Origin: Kondoa subrosea
Taxonomy: Eukaryota
Assembly: GCA_039545335.1 (NCBI GenBank)
Contig: BCIN01000001.1
Location: 2,669,136 to 2,733,135 of the forward strand
Direction: 5' to 3'
DNA length: 64,000 nucleotides
Position numbers and translations under genes: made by a program. The stretch's first letter is position 1, and each line of letters starts with the position of its first letter. This document shows, in pieces, positions 56,200 to 64,000 of this stretch. Below the pieces are notes generated by a model. It was not told the DNA's origin. It saw only the letters and a program-made list of their open reading frames with translations, and made no database searches.

Positions 56200-56917
56200 A
56201 TGTCTACCACATCCAAACCAACACTAATGCAAAAACTCAAAGCTAAGATATGTAAGCCAGTCTTTGCCTTCGAGTTTTCATCGCAGCTTATCGCAGCTTA
56301 TATGTTTCTCTTTTCAGTGGGGAGATCTGTCAAAGCGCAAAACAAGAGAACAGAGCAGGAGACAGAAGCCAAAGCAATTTACGAAAAGCAAACAGCTCCG
56401 GTCATCTTCTCTCAAAAAGACTACGCTATCAAAGAAAACCCCGTCTCAGTCGAAGGAACCACCGAAATACGTAAGAGGAAAGAACAAGATCTGGCAGCAA
56501 AGGAAAACTACAAGAAGCAACGAGCCCAAGTCATTGCCTCGCAAAAAGCAGTCTCTAATGCCGATGATGGGTCTGCCACTATCTGTGAGCTTTTCTTCTA
56601 CTTCTACTTCAATGAAGGCTCACTCTGCTTTCGATCCAGTATTCTATGAAATTGTCGCCAGCGAAGCGGCCAATAATCAATCACAACTACCTGCTGGTTG
56701 CCACTCTGGTCATCATTCGTCTAACCATGGTCATCAAACAACTGCTCATTCTGGTCACCATGCCGCTGCTATAGATTCTGCCCATCACACCTCAGCCGCT
56801 TCTCATTCTGCTCATCACACAACCGCTCATTTTGACCATCACTCCCCTGCAGCAGATTTTGGAACTGCAGCAGACTATGGTGGCGGAGGTGATTATGGAG
56901 GTGGCTGCGACTCCTAG
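56200..56917 (+). CDS. small orphan His/Gly-rich protein, tandem paralog C
   Basis: Three exons giving MSTTSKPTLMQKLKAKI...NYKKQRAQVI, a His-rich tract, then GGGGDYGGGCDS*. Confidence 0.65.
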
Positions 56918-57249
56918 TTTCTGTTCCACAGGTCGGTTCTTGCAGTGCTCAAGAAAGCTCTATCTGACCGGAAATTGATATACAGCCCTTACTCTTCCGA
57001 GTGAGAAGAGCGGCCGGGCTGTCTATCAATGCTGCTCTATGTCATGGCTTCTATCGGTCAGTAGCTGGAATCAAAGTAGCTGCACTCCGTAGACTCTCTT
57101 TGTACATATCTAGCATACAGTTCTGGTGATCACTTTCTCGTGGCAGCTCATGAACCCAATAATACAATGCATACATACACGTAGATCATCCCATTCAATT
57201 AGACCAATGAACCGCAAGCCAAAGACAGAGCATCACTCTTTCATGTCCT

Positions 57250-58978
57250 TCACTCGTCATCTTCTGAGTCGATAAACTCTTTGCTCTTGTAAACGACTTG
57301 CTTTTCCGGACTTGCTTTCGCTTTCGCTTTCCCCTTGTTCTTGCTTTCACTGTTCTCAGCCTTCGTCTTGGCTCGATCGCTTTTGGCCGCTTCGAAAGCT
57401 TCAAGATCAGGTATGTCCATGTTAGCTTCATCCAATTTCCCAAGTTCGGCTAACTCAAAAGAGACTTTGTTCTTTCGAGTAGCGAAGACTTGATCCATGA
57501 GGTCAGAGAAGGATTCAATATCGGATGGCAAGTTTGACTTCTTGACGAGTCTTCGAAAACGTCTATGAAGTTCCTTTGCGCTGAATAGATCAAATCCAGG
57601 TTCTGCTTTCTGAATTTTGTTCCAATCCACATCTTTTTCGGTAGGAAATTCCTTTCTTATTGCATAAAGACTAGGTAAGTGAAATAAGCTTGAGGACTGT
57701 GGAGATACAGTATGATGAGATGACTCACGTGCGAACGAGAACATGGCCATGATCTTTACTCCAATCATGTTGCTTGTCGCCAGATGTTCGTACGATCTTC
57801 TCTACAGCGGATTTCCTGTGAATCCACCCTATTAAGAGAGAGCCAATAATGACAAATCTTGAAGGGACCTACCATTTGAGTTCGCATTGCTGTCTTGTTC
57901 TAGTTTTCATCCTCTTCGCAACTTCCGTGAACCGAATCCGATCTTTCTCATCTTTGCCCAACTCCTTCGTGACTTCTTTGACCAATTCTGCCAGTTTGAG
58001 TTCATCTTCAACAATCCATGGACCTTGTTCTCGATCGTCTTTGACTTTCAAATGGTTGTGCCAACGATCTTTGCAATCATCTGCAGTCCGATCAACTTCT
58101 TTCCCAATTTGAACCCATTTCTGACCCAACACTTCCACACTTGCTTTCAATGCTTCATCCTCTTCTGCAGTCCAAGGACCTTTATGGGCCAAAGGATTGA
58201 ACAAACGTTTAATATGACCATAAACTGATAATAAAGGTCTCCCAGGAGTAGCATTAGCGCAACTTGGCCAGAAATCAGGATGTTTGGCTTTTGATTTTGC
58301 GAAAATGACTTGATCCAACATTTCTTTTTGTGATAAAGCAGAAGTAGTTCGATATTCTTCTACAGCTGCTTTCAAAGCTTCATCTTCTACCGATGTATAT
58401 TTGCCTTTTTTGAGGATGAAGAGGTTAGGGTATTGAGCTGTAAGCAAACGAATTTCATCGGCATGCAACCATTTTGAGGACATTAATTGTTGAGCTGTGA
58501 AATCTTCATCTCCATATCGAATCATTCCTTCAGCTAGAGCTGAAGTCTTTGTAGTGACTGGTAAAGTCTTCTTCTTGGCTGGAGACTTTCCATTTGGTGA
58601 CTTGGGTGCTTTCTTGGTCGCTTGAACAGCATGCTTCTTTTTTGTTTCGGCAGAAAGGAAAGGAGGAGGAGTGTAAGCTACTATAGCTGGTCTCGGCGGA
58701 GCAATTGGACCGGCGCGAGAGAAGGAAACTGGAGGTAAGAGATTTGGTAAAGCTGGAGTAACGGAACGAGGCTGGATTACAGGCAATGGGACAGTTGCTG
58801 ATTCAGTCTGCACGTCAAGTGTCTTACACATCAGCATCTAAGCTGATATCCAGTCTTGCATTTGACGCACCTCTTGAACTATTTTCTGCCTTTTGATTTT
58901 CTTGCCATCCTTGTCCTTCTCGCGCCCGCGTTTCTTGGTTCTGGGCTTGGAGGGATCCGATGGATCTGTATAACTCAT
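57250..58978 (-). CDS. Myb-domain protein, Reb1/TTF1-like
   Basis: KKGKYTSVEDEALK, KGPWTAEEDEALK...KWVQIGKEVDRTADDCKDRW, GPWIVEDE...TRTRQQCELKW. Basic N-terminus from ATG 58978. Confidence 0.85.
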
Positions 58979-59408
58979 CGCTGAAGCAGCGGAGTAATGC
59001 GAAGTCGTGGTAGAGAATCAACCAATTTTTGTCGAATGATGCTTGTACCAGAGCGGCGGCTCTGACAAGATGGTAAGCCTGATTAAGCATGTGCATTAAG
59101 CTATAGTTGACGACTCTGTCAGCCTCCGAAGCCAGCAATCGCTGCTGAGCAGTTCACGCTTCGATTCAAGTTTGCAAGGTGTAAGTCAGATGACTGCTCT
59201 TTGTTTGCTTCGTATTGCTTCCCCGCGTTTGTGCTTCTATCTCTCTGGTAGTCTTCTTCTCGCTCCTCGAACATTGCTTCTTTGCATTTGCGGACATGGC
59301 ATGGCCTATTCGTCATTGAAAGCAGTGTAAACCTTTGCTCGTTCTGCTCTTCTTCATCTGAATAATCTGATTCTCTCAATATACATACTGATCCTGTGTT
59401 ATCACAGC

Positions 59409-59808
59409 GACTGTTTTCCTGAACGTGCCCGACCCATCAAAGAGCACCCTCTCATCCCTCAAACCTCTTCTTCTTTCTGCTTTCTCTCGACTAGTAGCAA
59501 CAACAATCGAATCGGATGAAATCCTCTCTGGTAACGCTTCAGCAGATTTATTGAAAAATATCACTTCAGAAAATGATTTCAATTTGTATCGTGATAATGG
59601 GAGCGGGAAATGGATTGATTTGGATGAAGAGAAACCGATTAGTAAGATTGGATTGAGTACGAATGATGTGGTTGGTATTGGATTCAAAGTAAATGGTCAG
59701 TCAAAGTACTTGACTACATCATGCTTGCCGGCTTATGTTTTGAATTCAGGCAAAGACCAGAAGCCTGAGGTAGAAGAACCGTCGGCTAAAGATGAAGGAG
59801 ATGATTGA
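59409..59808 (+). CDS. small hypothetical protein (first exon not resolved)
   Basis: Open frame after a CAG acceptor (TVFLNVPDPSKSTLSSLK...KIGLSTNDVVGIGF), an in-frame intron and an acidic tail. Confidence 0.5.
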
Positions 59809-60078
59809 GACTGGCCGCAGCGAGTCGCGTAGGTGTAGGAGGTGGAACATTGTATGGCTTACTAAACAAATCAGCAATCGAATTTATTGCTTCGCGCTCT
59901 GTCTTCTTCCGCAAAGTTATGGATTCGTGGAGATCAACAAAGTAGCAGATGGCATTCCAGATTGTCCAGAAACGATGCTGAGGCAGCCTAGTACCAATGA
60001 ATCGCTATAATAGATATCAGGATAACTGATTACAGTAAGCGTCCATCGAATCCCAATTAGCTCTACCCAGCTGCTCTA

Positions 60079-60615
60079 TCAATTGTCCTCCACTCTAATC
60101 TCTTGTACTCTAGGCGGACTAATCTGCCTAACCAAAGGAATAGCTTTCAAATCCACGCTCACAAACTCCCCTCCTTTCCCATTCCCGCTTGTTTTCCTAG
60201 GTGAAGTAGAAACCGCTCTTTTAGTATGATCGTAATAAAGGATAGGCGTTTCCAATTCTGATTCAGTCAATTCTTTCTCTTCATCCGTAATCTCTTTCTC
60301 TTCTTCAGTTGAAGCAGACCGACGATAAAAGGCGGTAAGGAAGGATTTGTTCTTTGATTGTTGTTGATTTGTACTGCTAGGTAAAGAAGGTGATCCGGGT
60401 GATTGAACGTAAATTGCTGGAATGTTGCGCCTTTTGCGGAAACGGACGATAAGGTAGATTGATACAATGATAAGAATGAAGCCAAGTAGAGAGAAGACCA
60501 CGAGAAAGGCTAGCTGTGGGATCAGTACTTGTAAGGGAATGTTGAAGAACAAGAGGAGCTTACCTATTTTATTGGCTGATGAAGCGAACTGAATTCGTCC
60601 GAGGTTATGGCTCAT
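60079..60615 (-). CDS. single-pass membrane protein
   Basis: Hydrophobic LAFLVVFSLLGFILIIVSIYLIV followed by basic RFRKRR and a disordered tail. Confidence 0.55.
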   Translation of the reverse strand: MSHNLGRIQFASSANKIGKLLLFFNIPLQVLIPQLAFLVVFSLLGFILIIVSIYLIVRFRKRRNIPAIYVQSPGSPSLPSSTNQQQSKNKSFLTAFYRRSASTEEEKEITDEEKELTESELETPILYYDHTKRAVSTSPRKTSGNGKGGEFVSVDLKAIPLVRQISPPRVQEIRVEDN

Positions 60616-61083
60616 CTCGCGTGCGATGGAAGTCAGGCGTGAAAGGAAGAGGAAAGAACGAAAAGAGACGAAAAGCCTGGGCAAAATAAGATAGCACATT
60701 GTAAAATAAGCCAAACAACACAAGCAAGGAAAATCGACGCGAAGTGGTCAAGTAGCGCGGAAAGCGCGTTTCCAATGCTCTTGGCGTGTCACACTTCATG
60801 AATAGAGTCAGGAGAAGAGAGAGAGAAAGAGCAGGGTTAAGCAATTTAGACATTTGTGGGACTGCTTGACCACGCAGGAGTGGACAGGTACGCTCGCCAG
60901 GAAGCGAGATGGGCAACAAAGATTTGAAAAAGCGTATAGCATAATGAGAAGGGTAGCTTAAGCTCAGTGAAGATACTCTATACAACACAAATCAACTTTG
61001 CATTTTCTTTGCGTCGAAAAAACCCCTTCGTACATACTGCATGCTACTGCGCCCTGTCTCCTAGCACTAATATATGCTCAATA

Positions 61084-62247
61084 CTACTGTTGTTGCTGCT
61101 GTTGCTGTTGTTGGAATCCATAGCCCTCTCCTTTGTTATCTGGCAATAAAGCCAACCTCGCTGTGTATCCCGTATTCCATGAGTCTCCAATTGAATCACA
61201 TGAAACCAATGGGACGCACCAGACAAATCCATTTCATATTTTGCCAGGTTGCTCAAGTAGCTCAACATCATCACATCCTGTATATCGAACAAATGATCCT
61301 AAGCGCTGTAAAGCACAATAGAAACGATAGCAACATACAGCTAAATGAGATTCCATCTCTCCTTCCCAACCTTCTCCTTCAGAAGGTAAACTAGGTAAAA
61401 CAACATTTCCCAAAGTTTCCAATAAAAAGGAAGCTAAAGCAGGATCTGCTTTTTCCATTTCTTCTTCTGATCCCAAGATGGATTCCACATGAGCTAAAAC
61501 TGAATCCAACATTGCTGAGAGTTGATACAAAAGAGTAGAGAAAGTTGAGAGAGGTGATTGAGGAGTAAGAGGTTGTTTTGTAGGGTTCAATAAGAGATCA
61601 ACTATAGTCATTGATCAGTTTGAGGGAGATATAGGAGGGAAGGAAGGAAGAAACGTACGAGCAGGACGTTCTGATTCGTTTACTGCTTCAAACTTGTTCT
61701 TCACTGGCACGAACAAAGCATTCTGAGGTTGAGAACCCATTCCAGTAGCTGAAACGTAAGTCTTGGCTTGCAGGGTTTCTACATCCAGAGTCAAGTGAAT
61801 AGCTTGAGGACCAGCTCGAGAAGTGTAGCGGTCATGAATGAGAGGTGTGTAAGAGTTTAGCTTTGAATGAGTAGTGTACCACCCGACTACAGTGATATCT
61901 TGAGATGAAGCATCTGGTAGAGAAGAAGAAGAGGAAGAAGAAGAAGCGACATTGGAAGGACCCAAGGACAGAGCCTTGGACAGTAGTGACATTGTCTTGT
62001 CGTTCTCTAAATCTTCGAAATCAATCTTGAGCAGTCCATCTTTCGTAAATCCATAAGGTAGACCGAGAGTAGCCGTGACTGTGACTTGATTGCTTCCTAT
62101 TGACCTGTAGCCCAGCAGAGTACCAAAAACTCTGTCTTGCTCTGAGGGTCGCCTCAAATGGTGATCCAGAATAGAGGCCAAAGGGATAGCAGTCAGATTG
62201 ACTGCAGGAGTCGTGCCACTGCTGCTTGAGGCGAAGAGAGAAGACAT
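61084..62247 (-). CDS. eIF3f: eukaryotic translation initiation factor 3 subunit F (MPN domain)
   Basis: SILDHHLRRPSEQDRVFGTLLG, VVGWYTT, AIHLTLD, C-terminal QDVMMLSYLSNLAKYEMDLSARL. Confidence 0.88.
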
Positions 62248-62338
62248 AGCTAGAGCCTATCGCGGTGTCGAAACAAAACGGCTCGGAATTTTCATGCGTG
62301 TCTGGCTTGTCTAGTTACCTCGACGAAGCATCCCTATC

Positions 62339-63746
62339 ATGGCAGCTTCAGCAGTGTTTGACACTTCTTACACTCAGACCGTAGCAGGAGGAGCCGTCTC
62401 TATCCTTTTGGATCCTTTCGAACGCCAGATCACGAATTTGGCTCAATTGCTGTCTCTCTCGCCTAGCATATGCAGTGCAGACTCAGCTAGACCTGCATTC
62501 ATAGAAGAATATAGTCAGGCTGCAAGAGCTGCGCAAGATCAGCAAGCAAAGGAAGCAGTGTTGAGCAAGATTGATGAATTGCTGAAAAGTCAAAAGGACG
62601 CTTTAAGCGGGTTGCAGCAGTCAAGTCAGTGACAGCGTATGTCTATCTGGTATAACTCTGACTCATGACATTTGTCACCAGCTCAAGTGGAATTCGTCAA
62701 TCTATACTTGGCGACTCTGCATTCAGTTTACACTGATGCCTCTTCTGAAAAGCTTTCTTCCCTCTTGAGCACCCTTTTCTCATCCATCACAACACCAGCA
62801 ACTCTATCTACAGCATTACACTTCGTCTCCCCTTCTTCACCTCAAGCTATTCGACAGCAATTAATCAGCAAACTCATTTCTTCGCCTGATTTCGCTCTAG
62901 ATAACCTGGATCATCTGACTTCCCTACCGACTACATTGGCTCAATGGGATCTGCCTCTTTCAGATGCCGAAGACTATTTGTCAACCATTGTCGCTTCCCT
63001 CCTTGAACACGAGAACCATTCTGCAGCCTATGGACTCCTCAAATCCTACTTTGATCCTTCTTCACCTTACTCCTCTTCTACTTCTACAAGTGCAAAGGGC
63101 AAAGAACTACAAACATCTTTCATTAGACTATCGTTGAATCAGCAAGGCGTTTTTGGTTTCCCTTCATTCACAACCCAACATCAAGCGGAACAGAAAATAG
63201 TGGATTACCTCTTTTCTCGTTCAGATTCATTGGAGATCCCTTCCTCTTCTTCTGATGAATCATCAGTGCAAGTGAACAAGGAAATTGTGGAGAACAAGAA
63301 ATTGTCTTTGGTGATTGCAAAATTGCTTGGAGCTTATGTAGGCAAAAAGATTAGTTATTCTGAAGTAAGACAAGCTGTACAAGTCGGTGGAGATGAGGAA
63401 GAAGACGTAGAAGCTGTCATTATCGATGGTCAGTTACCTTTCGAAATCCCAATCATTCGTGTTTTTGATTGATTCGTAATGGTGATTAACAGCTATCAAA
63501 TCTAAATTGATTCAAGCAAGACTCAATCAACCACTCAAACAAATTTCAGTCCTTTCATCTGCTTATTCATCTTTGGAAGCAGCATTACCTTCCTCCAATG
63601 CTGAAGAAATGAAGCAGCTCAAGAGGGAGCAATGGGAATTGGTTCGTTCTAAATTGCAAGCTGCTAAGAAGGGAGTAGATGGTGTGCTTAAGGGATTGCA
63701 AGGAGCGCTTGGTACAGAGGTCAAGGAGGTTGAAGTTGGTGCTTAG
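62339..63746 (+). CDS. eIF3m: eukaryotic translation initiation factor 3 subunit M (PCI domain), divergent
   Basis: C-terminal PCI winged helix ISYSEVRQAV...DVEAVIIDAIKSKLIQARLNQP followed by EQWELVRSKL, matching the eIF3m pattern. Confidence 0.72.
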
Positions 63747-64000
63747 ATCAGCGCGATTATTCGACTGGTAACGAAAATACATCGTGAACCTTCTCTAGCA
63801 TACATATATGCGATGATGATGACGGCCGTGAGAAAGTGAACCAAGTCTGTGTTTGCCTTTTTTCGCACTTAGGCCCCTTGGCACCAAACATCGAACTCTC
63901 GATATGTTCTCGCATCAAAAGCTCGCCCTAATAGCTCTCAGCTCACTCTTCACCTGTCCGTAGCACCCTCATCCGTGGACACAGCCTGAGCTGAGCTCGA

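Noticed and set aside
61087..61113. CAA/CAG repeat giving a poly-Q tail on eIF3f; also the GAA run at 13253-13276
   Set aside because: Ordinary coding microsatellites.
63810..63995. TGATGA...CTGA pair suggesting a box C/D snoRNA
   Set aside because: No terminal stem or recognisable rRNA-complementary guide, and the region runs to the window edge.

Overview
Gene-dense, intron-rich eukaryotic DNA. Introns are mostly 45-60 nt GT-AG with CTRAY-like branch points, and the gene content points to a basidiomycete fungus (Pucciniomycotina-like is my inference). About 33 protein-coding genes can be traced, mostly housekeeping and often head-to-head: EAF3, a LAM/GRAM-VASt protein, FIS1, RPL23, EED, p24, a CaMKK-like kinase, AlkB-like, PUT2, MED17, EAF1, FIG4, CorA, MFS, a Reb1-like Myb protein, eIF3f and eIF3m. 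I found no tRNA, rRNA, CRISPR array or intact transposon. The main unusual feature is an orphan gene at 31211-36061 (+) with about 39 introns. Its poly-proline tract is assembled from 20 consecutive small exons (17 of them 18 nt or shorter), including a frame-obligatory single-nucleotide exon at 32996. Other notable items: an AT-AC intron with U2-type signals next to the PUT2 catalytic motif; eIF3f and eIF3m head-to-head with 91 bp between start codons; a secreted histidine-brace LPMO-like protein I cannot place in a known family; a tandem family of three small Gly/Ser-rich orphan genes; and a CorA transporter with TLN in place of GMN. All gene models were spliced by eye, so some exon boundaries are approximate.
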